Origin: a phage
NCBI GenBank assembly: GCA_036439915.1
Contig: GCA_036439915.1_3065.1
Direction: 5' to 3' (one strand)
Length of the DNA: 64,000 nt
Positions 10,238-20,502 of the stretch are shown piece after piece (positions within the stretch are counted from its first letter, which is position 1; each line of letters starts with the position of its first letter). Made by a program: the position numbers and the translations under genes. The notes beneath the pieces are model-generated. The model saw nothing but the letters and a program-made list of their open reading frames with translations. It was not told the origin of the DNA and searched no databases.

Positions 10238-11412
10238 TGAGTATGTTGCAACGCCCTGGATATCCAAATCTCAGCGTTAAATTATTTGATAGCTACGACG
10301 CTTGGAGTAATAATAGATTTGTTGAATTAGCTGCTACTATTACCACATTAACTATGCGGGATTCTCTTTATGGCCGAAATGAAGGAATGCTGCAGTTTTA
10401 TGATTCTAAAAACATCCATACAAAAATGGATGGAAACGAAATAATTCAGATTTCTGTAGCTAATGCAAACGATATTAATAATGTTAAAACAAGAATTTAT
10501 GGATGTAAGCATTTTTCCGTGTCAGTAGATTCAAAGGGTGATAACATCATTGCTATTGAATTGGGAACTATTCATTCTATAGAAAATCTTAAATTTGGCA
10601 GACCGTTTTTCCCTGATGCAGGTGAATCTATAAAGGAAATGCTTGGTGTCATTTATCAAGACCGCACGCTATTAACTCCAGCGATAAATGCTATAAATGC
10701 TTATGTTCCTGATATTCCGTGGACTAGCACATTTGAAAACTATTTGTCATATGTCAGAGAAGTTGCTCTAGCTGTAGGAAGTGACAAATTTGTATTTGTA
10801 TGGCAAGACATCATGGGGGTTAACATGATGGACTATGATATGATGATAAATCAAGAACCATATCCAATGATTGTCGGTGAGCCATCTTTAATAGGTCAAT
10901 TCATCCAAGAATTAAAATATCCATTGGCATATGATTTCGTTTGGTTGACTAAATCGAATCCTCACAAACGTGACCCAATGAAAAACGCTACTATCTATGC
11001 TCATTCATTTTTAGATTCTTCATTGCCAATGATTACTACAGGAAAGGGCGAAAACTCTATTGTAGTGTCAAGGTCAGGTGCTTATTCTGAAATGACTTAT
11101 AGGAATGGATATGAAGAAGCTATTCGTCTTCAAACTATGGCGCAATACGATGGCTATGCTAAATGTTCTACTGTCGGTAATTTTAACTTGACTCCTGGCG
11201 TTAAAATTATTTTTAATGATAGTAAAAACCAATTTAAAACAGAATTTTACGTTGATGAAGTTATCCATGAATTATCAAATAATAATTCAGTAACTCATCT
11301 ATATATGTTCACTAATGCAACGAAACTGGAAACAATAGACCCAGTTAAGGTTAAAAATGAATTTAAATCTGATACTACCACTGAAGAAAGTAGTTCTTCC
11401 AATAAGCAATAA
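10237..11412 (+). CDS. 27: Baseplate hub protein gp27
   Basis: 391 aa (T4 gp27 length). Confidence 0.9.
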   Translation: MSMLQRPGYPNLSVKLFDSYDAWSNNRFVELAATITTLTMRDSLYGRNEGMLQFYDSKNIHTKMDGNEIIQISVANANDINNVKTRIYGCKHFSVSVDSKGDNIIAIELGTIHSIENLKFGRPFFPDAGESIKEMLGVIYQDRTLLTPAINAINAYVPDIPWTSTFENYLSYVREVALAVGSDKFVFVWQDIMGVNMMDYDMMINQEPYPMIVGEPSLIGQFIQELKYPLAYDFVWLTKSNPHKRDPMKNATIYAHSFLDSSLPMITTGKGENSIVVSRSGAYSEMTYRNGYEEAIRLQTMAQYDGYAKCSTVGNFNLTPGVKIIFNDSKNQFKTEFYVDEVIHELSNNNSVTHLYMFTNATKLETIDPVKVKNEFKSDTTTEESSSSNKQ

Positions 11413-11890
11413 AGAAGTTTCTATTCCTAAAATGGGTCTTAAACATTATAACATTTTAAAAGATGTTAAAGGTCCTGATGAAAATTTAAAACTTCTTATT
11501 GATTCTATTTGTCCGAATTTATCACCGGCAGAAGTTGATTTCGTTTCTATTCATTTATTGGAATTTAATGGAAAGATTAAATCTCGTAAAGAAATAGATG
11601 GTTATACTTATGACATTAATGATGTTTATGTATGCCAAAGATTAGAATTTCAATACCAAGGAAATACATTTTATTTTAGACCTCCTGGAAAATTTGAACA
11701 ATTTTTAACGGTGAGCGATATGTTATCTAAATGCTTGCTTAAGGTCAACGATGAAGTTAAAGAAATTAATTTTCTTGAGATGCCAGCATTCGTTTTAAAA
11801 TGGGCAAATGATATTTTTACAACTTTAGCAATTCCTGGCCCTAATGGTCCAATAACTGGAATTGGCAATATTATTGGATTATTTGAATGA
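11357..11890 (+). CDS. 28: Baseplate hub distal protein gp28
   Basis: 177 aa (T4 gp28 length); start overlaps gp27 3' end. Confidence 0.8.
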   Translation: MNLNLILPLKKVVLPISNKEVSIPKMGLKHYNILKDVKGPDENLKLLIDSICPNLSPAEVDFVSIHLLEFNGKIKSRKEIDGYTYDINDVYVCQRLEFQYQGNTFYFRPPGKFEQFLTVSDMLSKCLLKVNDEVKEINFLEMPAFVLKWANDIFTTLAIPGPNGPITGIGNIIGLFE

Positions 11891-13659
11891 AAAAGCCACA
11901 AGAAATGCAAACGATGCGTAGAAAAGTTATTTCAGATAATAAACCAACACAGGAAGCGGCTAAATCCGCTTCCAACACTTTATCTGGACTTAATGATATA
12001 TCTACGAAATTGGATGATGCTCAAGCTGCTTCTGAATTAATAGCTCAAACTGTCGAAGAAAAATCGAATGAAATAGTTGGAGCAATTGGTAACGTAGAAA
12101 GCGCAGTGAGTGATACTACTGCTGGTTCTGAGTTAATTGCTGAAACTGTCGAAATTGGCAACAATATTAATAAAGAAATCGGTGAATCACTCGGAAGCAA
12201 ATTAGATAAATTAACAAGTTTACTAGAGCAAAAAATCCAGACAGCTGGAATTCAACAAACAGGAACTAGTTTAGCTACGGTTGAAAGCGCTATTCCCGTT
12301 AAAGTCGTTGAGGATGATACTGCTGAATCTGTGGGTCCTTTATTACCAGCTCCTGAAGCAGTTAATAATGATCCTGACGCTGATTTTTTCCCTACCCCTC
12401 AGCCAGTTGAGCCAAAGCAAGAATCACCAGAAGAAAAACAGAAAAAAGAAGCATTTAACTTAAAATTATCTCAAGCTTTAGATAAATTAACAAAGACAGT
12501 TGATTTTGGATTTAAGAAATCCATTTCAATTACTGATAAAATATCAAGCATGCTATTTAAGTATACCGTCAGTGCTGCTATTGAAGCTGCTAAAATGACT
12601 GCAATGATATTGGCTGTTGTTGTTGGAATAGACCTGTTGATGGTTCATTTTAAATACTGGTCAGATAAATTTTCAAAAGCCTGGGATTTATTTAATACTG
12701 ACTTTACTAAATTCTCTAGCGAAACCGGAACATGGGGCCCTTTATTACAGAGCATCTTTAGTTCTATTGATAAAATTAAGAAGCTGTGGGAAGCTGGAGA
12801 TTGGGGCGGATTGACAGCAGCTATTGTAGAAGGGCTTGGAAAGGTTCTTTTTAATTTAGGAGAGCTTATTCAACTTGGAATGGCTAAATTATCTGCTGCA
12901 ATTCTTCGAGTCATTCCTGGCATGAAAGACACTGCTGACGAAGTAGAAGGAAGAGCACTAGAAAATTTCCAAAACACTACAAATGCTTCTCTTAGCAAAG
13001 AAGACCAAGAAAAAGTTGCAAATTATCAATATAAAAGAATGAATGGCGATCTTGGTCCAATAGCAAAAGGACTAGACAAAATTGCGAACTGGAAAACTCG
13101 CGCATCTAACTGGATTCGTGGTGTTGATAATAAAGAAGCACTAACGACTGATGAAGAGAGAGAAGAGGAAGAAGAAAAATTAAAGCAACTTTCTCCGGAG
13201 GAAGCTAAAATTGCTTTAATGAAAGCTAATGAAGCTCGTGCTGCTATGAATCGTTTTGATGAATACGCTAATTCGGCTGATATGAGTAAAGATTCAACAG
13301 TTAAATCAGTTGAAGCTGCCTATGAAGACCTTAAAAAACGGATGGATGACCCGGATTTAAATAATTCACCGGCAGTTAAAAAAGAGCTTGCTGCTAGATT
13401 TTCTAAAATTGATGCTACTTATCAAGAGCTCAAGAAAAATCAGCCTAATGCCAAACCTGAAACTTCTGCTAAATCGCCAGAAGCAAAACAAGTCCAGGTT
13501 ATTGAAAAGAACAAAGCACAACAAGCTCCTGTTCAACAAGCATCTCCTTCGATCAATAATACTAATAATGTTATTAAGAAAAATACTGTCGTTCATAATA
13601 TGACACCCGTAACGAGCACGACTGCTCCTGGTGTATTTGATGCGACTGGAGTTAATTAA
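11887..13659 (+). CDS. 29: Baseplate hub / tail length determinator gp29
   Basis: 590 aa (T4 gp29 length); ATGA overlap with gene 28. Confidence 0.9.
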   Translation: MKKPQEMQTMRRKVISDNKPTQEAAKSASNTLSGLNDISTKLDDAQAASELIAQTVEEKSNEIVGAIGNVESAVSDTTAGSELIAETVEIGNNINKEIGESLGSKLDKLTSLLEQKIQTAGIQQTGTSLATVESAIPVKVVEDDTAESVGPLLPAPEAVNNDPDADFFPTPQPVEPKQESPEEKQKKEAFNLKLSQALDKLTKTVDFGFKKSISITDKISSMLFKYTVSAAIEAAKMTAMILAVVVGIDLLMVHFKYWSDKFSKAWDLFNTDFTKFSSETGTWGPLLQSIFSSIDKIKKLWEAGDWGGLTAAIVEGLGKVLFNLGELIQLGMAKLSAAILRVIPGMKDTADEVEGRALENFQNTTNASLSKEDQEKVANYQYKRMNGDLGPIAKGLDKIANWKTRASNWIRGVDNKEALTTDEEREEEEEKLKQLSPEEAKIALMKANEARAAMNRFDEYANSADMSKDSTVKSVEAAYEDLKKRMDDPDLNNSPAVKKELAARFSKIDATYQELKKNQPNAKPETSAKSPEAKQVQVIEKNKAQQAPVQQASPSINNTNNVIKKNTVVHNMTPVTSTTAPGVFDATGVN

Positions 13660-13667
13660 GGAATAAT

Positions 13668-14762
13668 ATGGCAATTGTTAAAGAAATAACTGCTGATTTA
13701 ATTAAAAAGTCCGGTGAGAAAATTTCAGCCGGACAGAGCACTAAATCAGAAGTAGGAACTAAAACATACACTGCCCAGTTTCCAACTGGGCGTGCTAGTG
13801 GTAATGACACTACAGGGGACTTCCAGGTAACAGATCTATATAAGAATGGATTATTATTTACTGCATACAATATGTCATCTAGGGATTCTGGAAGTCTTAG
13901 ATCGATGAGATCTAACTACTCTTCTTCATCTTCGAGTATTTTACGTACAGCCAGAAACACTATCAGTAATACAGTATCAAAACTGTCAAATGGATTAATA
14001 TCAGATAATAATTCAGGAACAATAAGTAAAGCCCCTGTTGCAAATATTCTTTTACCAAGATCTAAATCTGATGTTGATACATCATCACATAGATTTAATG
14101 ATGTTCAAGAAAGTCTTATCAGCAGAGGCGGAGGTACTGCTACTGGTGTGCTAAGTAATATTGCTTCAACCGCAGTATTTGGGGCACTGGAAAGTATAAC
14201 ACAAGGTATAATGGCTGATAATAATGAACAGATTTATACTACAGCCAGAAGTATGTATGGTGGTGCTGAGAATAGAACTAAAGTGTTTACATGGGATTTG
14301 ACTCCACGTTCCACAGAAGATTTGATGGCTATTATTAATATCTATCAATATTTTAACTATTTTTCTTATGGTGAAACGGGTAAATCTCAATATGCTGCTG
14401 AAATAAAGGGGTATTTAGATGATTGGTATCGTTCTACGTTAATTGAACCTTTATCTCCGGAAGACGCAGCTAAAAATAAAACACTATTTGAGAAAATGAC
14501 ATCGAGTTTAACTAACGTTCTAGTAGTTTCAAACCCGACAATTTGGATGGTGAAAAACTTTGGTGCAACATCTAAGTTTGATGGAAAAACGGAAATATTT
14601 GGCCCATGCCAAATACAGAGCATCAGATTTGATAAAACACCTAATGGTAACTTTAACGGATTAGCTATTGCTCCAAACCTCCCTAGTACATTTACTCTTG
14701 AGATTACTATGAGAGAAATTATCACGTTAAACCGTGCTTCTTTATATGCGGGGACTTTTTAA
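13668..14762 (+). CDS. 48: Baseplate tail tube cap gp48
   Basis: 364 aa (T4 gp48 length). Confidence 0.9.
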   Translation: MAIVKEITADLIKKSGEKISAGQSTKSEVGTKTYTAQFPTGRASGNDTTGDFQVTDLYKNGLLFTAYNMSSRDSGSLRSMRSNYSSSSSSILRTARNTISNTVSKLSNGLISDNNSGTISKAPVANILLPRSKSDVDTSSHRFNDVQESLISRGGGTATGVLSNIASTAVFGALESITQGIMADNNEQIYTTARSMYGGAENRTKVFTWDLTPRSTEDLMAIINIYQYFNYFSYGETGKSQYAAEIKGYLDDWYRSTLIEPLSPEDAAKNKTLFEKMTSSLTNVLVVSNPTIWMVKNFGATSKFDGKTEIFGPCQIQSIRFDKTPNGNFNGLAIAPNLPSTFTLEITMREIITLNRASLYAGTF

Positions 14763-15727
14763 TGTATTCTTTAGAGGAATTTAATAATCAAGCAATAAAC
14801 GCAGATTTCCAACGTAATAATATGTTTAGCTGCGTTTTTGCGACAACTCCATCAACTAAAAGCTCTTCGTTGATAAGTTCAATTAGCAACTTTTCTTATA
14901 ATAACTTGGGTCTAAATTCAGATTGGTTAGGATTGACTCAAGGTGATATTAATCAGGGAATTACCACGCTAATTACTGCTGGCACACAAAAACTGATAAG
15001 AAAATCAGGGGTTAGTAAATATCTTATTGGTGCCATGAGTCAACGTACAGTTCAAAGTTTATTGGGCTCATTTACAGTTGGTACATATTTAATTGACTTC
15101 TTTAACATGGCATATAACTCATCTGGATTGATGATATATTCCGTAAAAATGCCAGAGAATAGATTATCCTATGAAACTGACTGGAACTATAATTCTCCTA
15201 ATATTCGTATAACTGGGAGAGAATTAGACCCTTTGGTTATTTCATTTAGAATGGATTCAGAAGCATGTAATTATCGTGCGATGCAAGACTGGGTTAACGC
15301 TGTTCAAGACCCAGTAACTGGATTACGCGCTTTGCCACAAGATGTCGAGGCAGACATTCAGGTTAATCTTCATGCTCGTAATGGATTACCTCATACTGCT
15401 GTGATGTTCACCGGATGCATTCCAGTGTCAGTGAGCGCTCCTGAGTTATCATATGATGGAGATAATCAAATAACTACATTTGATGTTACTTTTGCGTATA
15501 GAGTCATGCAGGCTGGAGCAGTTGATAGACAAGCTGCGCTTGAATGGCTTGAATCTGCTGCTATAAATGGCATTCAAAGCGTTCTCGGAAATAGTGGAGG
15601 TGTTACTGGACTATCTAATTCGCTTTCACGACTTAGTAGATTAGGAGGAACTGCTGGAAGCATTTCAAACATTAATACTATGACGGGAATTGTCAACTCG
15701 CAAAGTAAAATATTAGGAGCAATATAA
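14762..15727 (+). CDS. 54: Baseplate tail tube initiator gp54
   Basis: 321 aa; start overlaps gp48 stop. Confidence 0.9.
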   Translation: MYSLEEFNNQAINADFQRNNMFSCVFATTPSTKSSSLISSISNFSYNNLGLNSDWLGLTQGDINQGITTLITAGTQKLIRKSGVSKYLIGAMSQRTVQSLLGSFTVGTYLIDFFNMAYNSSGLMIYSVKMPENRLSYETDWNYNSPNIRITGRELDPLVISFRMDSEACNYRAMQDWVNAVQDPVTGLRALPQDVEADIQVNLHARNGLPHTAVMFTGCIPVSVSAPELSYDGDNQITTFDVTFAYRVMQAGAVDRQAALEWLESAAINGIQSVLGNSGGVTGLSNSLSRLSRLGGTAGSISNINTMTGIVNSQSKILGAI

Positions 15728-15730
15728 CAA

Positions 15731-15760
15731 TGGGGACCGAAAGGTCCCCATATTTTTATT
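15731..15760. terminator. Bidirectional terminator between gene 54 and the convergent alt-region ORF
   Basis: Stem TGGGGACC / GGTCCCCA with GAAA loop, T-runs both sides. Confidence 0.6.
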
Positions 15761-16046
15761 TACGGAACGAAATAAAAGCAGCAACTGAAGCAACTAAACT
15801 GTCTTCAATATAAACTTCAATTTTTACCGGAGCTTCTGACTCAAATTTGCCTGTTACTACACCTTGGAAAATGCTTTCAGTCTGTTCTGGCTTTGAAAAA
15901 TTTTCAGAAGGAAAAATTCCGAACTTTTTATCTGTTCCAAAAATTTTGATAAATTCATCGTAAACTGCTTCATTAAAAGCGTTATCAGCAGGAATAACGC
16001 CTTCAACTACGAGTTCTTGACCTAAAAAGCGCAAAGAAGATTTCAT
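15756..16046 (-). CDS. Hypothetical protein (position of T4 alt.-3)
   Basis: 96-aa ORF with SD GAGGA and its own early-type promoter. Confidence 0.6.
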   Translation of the reverse strand: MKSSLRFLGQELVVEGVIPADNAFNEAVYDEFIKIFGTDKKFGIFPSENFSKPEQTESIFQGVVTGKFESEAPVKIEVYIEDSLVASVAAFISFRK

Positions 16047-16052
16047 TTTGTG

Positions 16053-16108
16053 TTCCTCATGTTATGTCAGTAAGATTATTATAACACAACACGAGGGACT
16101 TGTAAACT
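16053..16108 (-). promoter_or_regulatory. Early-type promoter plus leader, copy 1 of a duplicated cassette
   Basis: Minus strand GTTTAC, 18-nt spacer, TATAAT, SD GAGGA; near-identical to 31846-31902. Confidence 0.5.
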
Positions 16109-18164
16109 ACATTTTGAACTTTTTAGACATTCCGTTGATATTAACCAAAGAAGCCAAGATTTGAGAAACTTCGTTTTCCTCTTCTTTTGATTCTTCTACA
16201 AGGAATTGATTAAATCCAGCCATTGGACGAACTTCACCAGTTTCCATTAGATGGTCGCCATCATATACCGATTCTTCTAATTGTTCAGAAGGAGGAACGA
16301 TTGTGCCTTCGATTAGATACTTGTTATAAGCAGTTTCTTTCATCATGTACGTACTCACTTTATTAATCTTCAGCAAAATTCCACGCGGTAGAATAACTTC
16401 AGCTTCTGATGGAAATCCTGATAAATGTCCTGGAACGATAACTTTGATTCGCTCAGCTCCTTTAATTACCATACCCACGCTAGTTTCAGCATCTTCATTG
16501 GCATACGCAGAATGACTACCCATATGCATTAAATCTTCAGCGTCAACAGAACCTTCTCCTTCACCAGAAAATACTGCACTGGAATCATCTAGGGCCATAT
16601 AGTTTTTACCATACTCACCGAAGATATTTGGTTTAAGCGATGTGGATACGAAGTTCTTGAAATAGAACATTTTATTTTCAATATTATGACGTAAAGTTTT
16701 AAAGGTAACTTCTTGGCCACGGTAAAGCGTAGTTCCTGGAGGAAGAACTGATCCTTTGGCAAAAGCAGAATCCATCGTCTCGATGTGTTTAATAGCTCGT
16801 TCCATATATTCTTCACGGGTAGAATCCGGTTTACCTAAAAGGAACGAGTTCATTTCAACATATGAATCTGCACAATAATCTTCAATTACATCAGACTCAG
16901 CCTGAGTTAATCCTTTTGGGGGTACTTCAGTACTTGCATATTCATACGCTTGAGAAGCAGACTCATTAATCAATTTATAAACGCCATTCATGACAAATTG
17001 AATAATAGCTACCTTTTCATCTGGCGTGGCTTTAGAACCTTTAACTAAATCATTGACAATTTTCTTAATAACATCAAAGCTATTAGAAATATTAATGTCA
17101 GCAAGATCACTTAAAATTTTATCAGTTTTATAATCAAAAAATTCTTTATTCTTTAAATATTCTTGAGAACCTTGATATGATATATCGCTCTGTAACTTGA
17201 TAGATGGATCACGTAAACGCGCATGAGCCAATGCAATATGATTTCGGAAGCTTTCTAATTCATAATCACTAGATTTAAAACGGGAAGCACTTCTCATACC
17301 ACCGATAGCTCCTTTGCTGAAGTTTGAACCAACCTGAATAACGCCGGAGTTCATTGGTCCTTCTGCTTTATATACCGGAACTTTAGATTCAAACTCTTGG
17401 TATTTCTTAGCAGCGAAGCTATCACCCTGAAGCGAAGCATCGACAGTAGAATATTGAGCTTGTGCTGCTAATCGACGACTAATTTTAGTTTTCTGAATAA
17501 CAGCTTGATCCGTGCGCTTATCATTTTCTAAAGCAATAGAAGCGGCAACAGCGACAGCTTTAGGAACAGCATTACCTGTTTTAACATCTACATAAACATC
17601 ACCAACCTTTGATTCAACTTTTGTGAATAACTCAGTTGAAATAGGAGGTACACCTGGAATGTCTTCTAAATTGGCATTTTTACGGTAAACCATAATATAT
17701 GCATATTTCTTATCATAGTCCCAGATTTCTTTTAAAAGAACATATCGACCTGCTCCTTTAGTACGTACTAAACGGTCAGCAATAACTTGAATTTGTCGAG
17801 CTGCGCCATTTGTTTTACTCTTTAGTACGCGGAATAAGCATGCGTCAATTTTGTACTGTTTCATTGTCTGAAGAGCAGTATCAAAAACCGCATTAATGGC
17901 ACCAATTGGATTTCCACCCAAGTTTTTAAGTTTAACTAATGATAGTTTCTCATTGACACCTATCATTACGATATGCATCATTTTATCGCCTGGCTTAACG
18001 TTTTTGTTTGTATCACCGCCAGAGGTGTATGTACAAAATCTAAATCCAGGAAGCACGCTTTCTTCACCTGCTTGAATAGCAAAAATTTGAGGTATTTTAT
18101 GCTTAGGATTTAAGTTAACAACCGGCGCCGAAGCGCCGTCAAATAATTCTGTAATAAGTTCCAT
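16107..18164 (-). CDS. Alt-like mono-ADP-ribosyltransferase, second tandem paralog
   Basis: 685 aa; starts MELITELFD; ART motifs YRGQ, FVSTSL, AEVILPRG; 3 nt after upstream alt copy. Confidence 0.8.
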   Translation of the reverse strand: MELITELFDGASAPVVNLNPKHKIPQIFAIQAGEESVLPGFRFCTYTSGGDTNKNVKPGDKMMHIVMIGVNEKLSLVKLKNLGGNPIGAINAVFDTALQTMKQYKIDACLFRVLKSKTNGAARQIQVIADRLVRTKGAGRYVLLKEIWDYDKKYAYIMVYRKNANLEDIPGVPPISTELFTKVESKVGDVYVDVKTGNAVPKAVAVAASIALENDKRTDQAVIQKTKISRRLAAQAQYSTVDASLQGDSFAAKKYQEFESKVPVYKAEGPMNSGVIQVGSNFSKGAIGGMRSASRFKSSDYELESFRNHIALAHARLRDPSIKLQSDISYQGSQEYLKNKEFFDYKTDKILSDLADINISNSFDVIKKIVNDLVKGSKATPDEKVAIIQFVMNGVYKLINESASQAYEYASTEVPPKGLTQAESDVIEDYCADSYVEMNSFLLGKPDSTREEYMERAIKHIETMDSAFAKGSVLPPGTTLYRGQEVTFKTLRHNIENKMFYFKNFVSTSLKPNIFGEYGKNYMALDDSSAVFSGEGEGSVDAEDLMHMGSHSAYANEDAETSVGMVIKGAERIKVIVPGHLSGFPSEAEVILPRGILLKINKVSTYMMKETAYNKYLIEGTIVPPSEQLEESVYDGDHLMETGEVRPMAGFNQFLVEESKEEENEVSQILASLVNINGMSKKFKM

Positions 18165-18167
18165 GAT

Positions 18168-20264
18168 TTATCCTTGAACGAACTTGTAAGGCATGTTTGT
18201 AATATCTATGCAAGACGCAATAATTCCGAGAGATGATTCTGCTTTCTGTTTAACATTTGATGAAACAAATGATGCAAAGTCAACTCTGTCTTCTATTTCA
18301 ATATCATCTGTCATTGCAACTACTTCACCAGTTTCCATTAGACGGTCACCGTCATAAATTACTGATTCGGTGAGTTCTTCCGTAGTCATAACTTCAGTTT
18401 GAATGAGTTTTGTATTATTAGATGTTGTTCCGTCATTATTAGAAGCATCAGTTATTTTATTAACTTTGACCATCAATCCGCGTGGTAGAATTACTTCAGC
18501 TTCTGTTGCTATTCCGAGACTTCCTGGATATACAACATTAACTTTATGAGCTCCATCAATTGCCCATCCTATTTGAACTTTAACGTATTCAGGATTTTCT
18601 TTATACGCTCTTATTTCGTTTGGATTAATAGTTATTCCTTCTTCATTTTTATCAACTGTTAATTCATTACGAGCTTCTGGTTCTAAAAGACCGATACCAG
18701 CATGTGTAATTCCAAAACGTCCAAAAATGATAGGAGTTAAAGAAGTAGATACAAAATTTCTGAAATAGAACACTTTATTTTTAACTAGCGCTTCGTATAT
18801 AGGAGCAGTCATACTTTGAGCACGATAAACTGTAATGCCTTCTGGTATACGGTCACCATTTTCAAAAGCTGAATCTAAATTATTTATCGCAGATTCAATT
18901 TCTTTTTCACTCATTACATCATATCGTTCTGGATTGTAACGACCCAAAAGAAGATTATTGATGTCAGTATATCCTGAACCACAATACTCTCTAATGCCGC
19001 GCTTTTGTGATGGAGTATATTTAGAACCATCACGGGCAATAGTAATATCAATCATTGGACCTGCACCAATTCCAGAAAAGCTATAAATCATTCGTTTGAG
19101 GAATTTAGTTTTTGCTGCGTTCCAGGAATTTTTAGTTATTTCTTCCCAGACTTCATCTGACTGCCCTTTACGGGTTTTATTATGTTTATCAAGCCAATTA
19201 TCTTTATATTCTTCAAAGAATTTATTAATAGCTGCTGCATACTTCTCTAAACATTTTATTGAAGTGGTTGGTTCATTTTTAATCGCATTGAGAATTACAT
19301 CTTTAATTTTTTCAGAAACTTCATTAACCTCACTTTTTGAAAAGAATTTATAGTCATAGTGAAGTTCATCTGCGGTTCCTTCGGCAATAATTTTTGCTGC
19401 CTTAGTTTTAGAAGCTAATGAATTAATTCCAAGCTTCATTTCTTCTGCTTCGGGAATTAAAGGAGCTGTAGCAGGTTTATTGAAATTAGCTGCGGTAGAT
19501 TCATATTTCTGGAATAATTCGCTTTCAAATCTAGAAGATTCTAATGACTGACTTTGCGCAATTGCTCTACGGGAAATTTTAACTTTAACGATTACAGCTT
19601 GGTCAGAACGTTTATCATTTTCTTGCGCAATAGATGCAGCAATTGCCTCATTTTTAGTTACTTGAGCTCCAGTATCTTTATTGATATAAACATCGCCGAC
19701 TTTCGATTCAACTTTAGTAAAGAGCTCGGTACTAATTTCCGGAACTCCTGGAATGTCTTCTAGTGATACATTTTTGCGATGTATAAGAATATATGCATAC
19801 TTTTTATCATAATCCCAGAGTTCCTTAAGAAGGACGTATCTTCCACCTGAACGACTACGGATAAGTCTATCAGCAATAACTTGAATTTGTCGAGCTTGAC
19901 CAGCAGTTTTAGACTTAAGAATACGGAGCATACAGGCATCAATTTTATACTGACGCATCGTCTGCATTGCAACAGTAAAAACTGAATTGATGTAATTAAT
20001 TGGGCTTGGACCGAGACCTTTTAATTTAGCAATTGAACCTTTAGCAGTTAATGTAAAAGGAACAATATGCATCATTTTATCGCCCATTTTTAAATCGCGA
20101 TTAGTATCACCTCCAGATGTATAGGTACATAAACGAAAGCCTGGTTGTTCAATTGCGTCATCAACGTGAACTGAAAAAATTTGTGGTATTTTCTTCTTTG
20201 GATTTAAGTTTGTAATCGGAAGAGTAGTATCTTCGTCAAATAATTCTGTAATAAGTTCCATCAT
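18168..20264 (-). CDS. alt: Alt ADP-ribosyltransferase (virion-packaged)
   Basis: 698 aa; starts MMELITELFD; ART motifs YRAQ, FVSTSL, AEVILPRG; late promoter upstream; adjacent to gene 30. Confidence 0.85.
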   Translation of the reverse strand: MMELITELFDEDTTLPITNLNPKKKIPQIFSVHVDDAIEQPGFRLCTYTSGGDTNRDLKMGDKMMHIVPFTLTAKGSIAKLKGLGPSPINYINSVFTVAMQTMRQYKIDACMLRILKSKTAGQARQIQVIADRLIRSRSGGRYVLLKELWDYDKKYAYILIHRKNVSLEDIPGVPEISTELFTKVESKVGDVYINKDTGAQVTKNEAIAASIAQENDKRSDQAVIVKVKISRRAIAQSQSLESSRFESELFQKYESTAANFNKPATAPLIPEAEEMKLGINSLASKTKAAKIIAEGTADELHYDYKFFSKSEVNEVSEKIKDVILNAIKNEPTTSIKCLEKYAAAINKFFEEYKDNWLDKHNKTRKGQSDEVWEEITKNSWNAAKTKFLKRMIYSFSGIGAGPMIDITIARDGSKYTPSQKRGIREYCGSGYTDINNLLLGRYNPERYDVMSEKEIESAINNLDSAFENGDRIPEGITVYRAQSMTAPIYEALVKNKVFYFRNFVSTSLTPIIFGRFGITHAGIGLLEPEARNELTVDKNEEGITINPNEIRAYKENPEYVKVQIGWAIDGAHKVNVVYPGSLGIATEAEVILPRGLMVKVNKITDASNNDGTTSNNTKLIQTEVMTTEELTESVIYDGDRLMETGEVVAMTDDIEIEDRVDFASFVSSNVKQKAESSLGIIASCIDITNMPYKFVQG

Positions 20265-20284
20265 ATCCTCTCTAGTGTTTATTC

Positions 20285-20292
20285 TATTTATA
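20285..20292 (-). promoter_or_regulatory. T4-type late promoter (TATAAATA) for alt
   Basis: Minus-strand TATAAATA about 20 nt upstream of alt ATG. Confidence 0.5.
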
Positions 20293-20313
20293 AAATTAAA
20301 GGCCCGAAGGCCT

Positions 20314-20502
20314 TTAATAATCTAGTGGTAAGAGAGTACGATATATTTCAAACTTTGGCCCTTTTTCATAGGCATCAAATGTTTCTGTAAATTTATTATA
20401 AGCATATGCATCTACAAATTCAAGAACGATTTGTGATACAGAAGTAGAAACATCTCCACCTTCTTTTTGAGCCACGACAATTGTTTCTAAGTAAGCTTTC
20501 AT
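20314..20502 (-). CDS. Hypothetical small protein between gene 30 and alt
   Basis: 62-aa ORF; start overlaps gene 30 stop. Confidence 0.5.
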   Translation of the reverse strand: MKAYLETIVVAQKEGGDVSTSVSQIVLEFVDAYAYNKFTETFDAYEKGPKFEIYRTLLPLDY

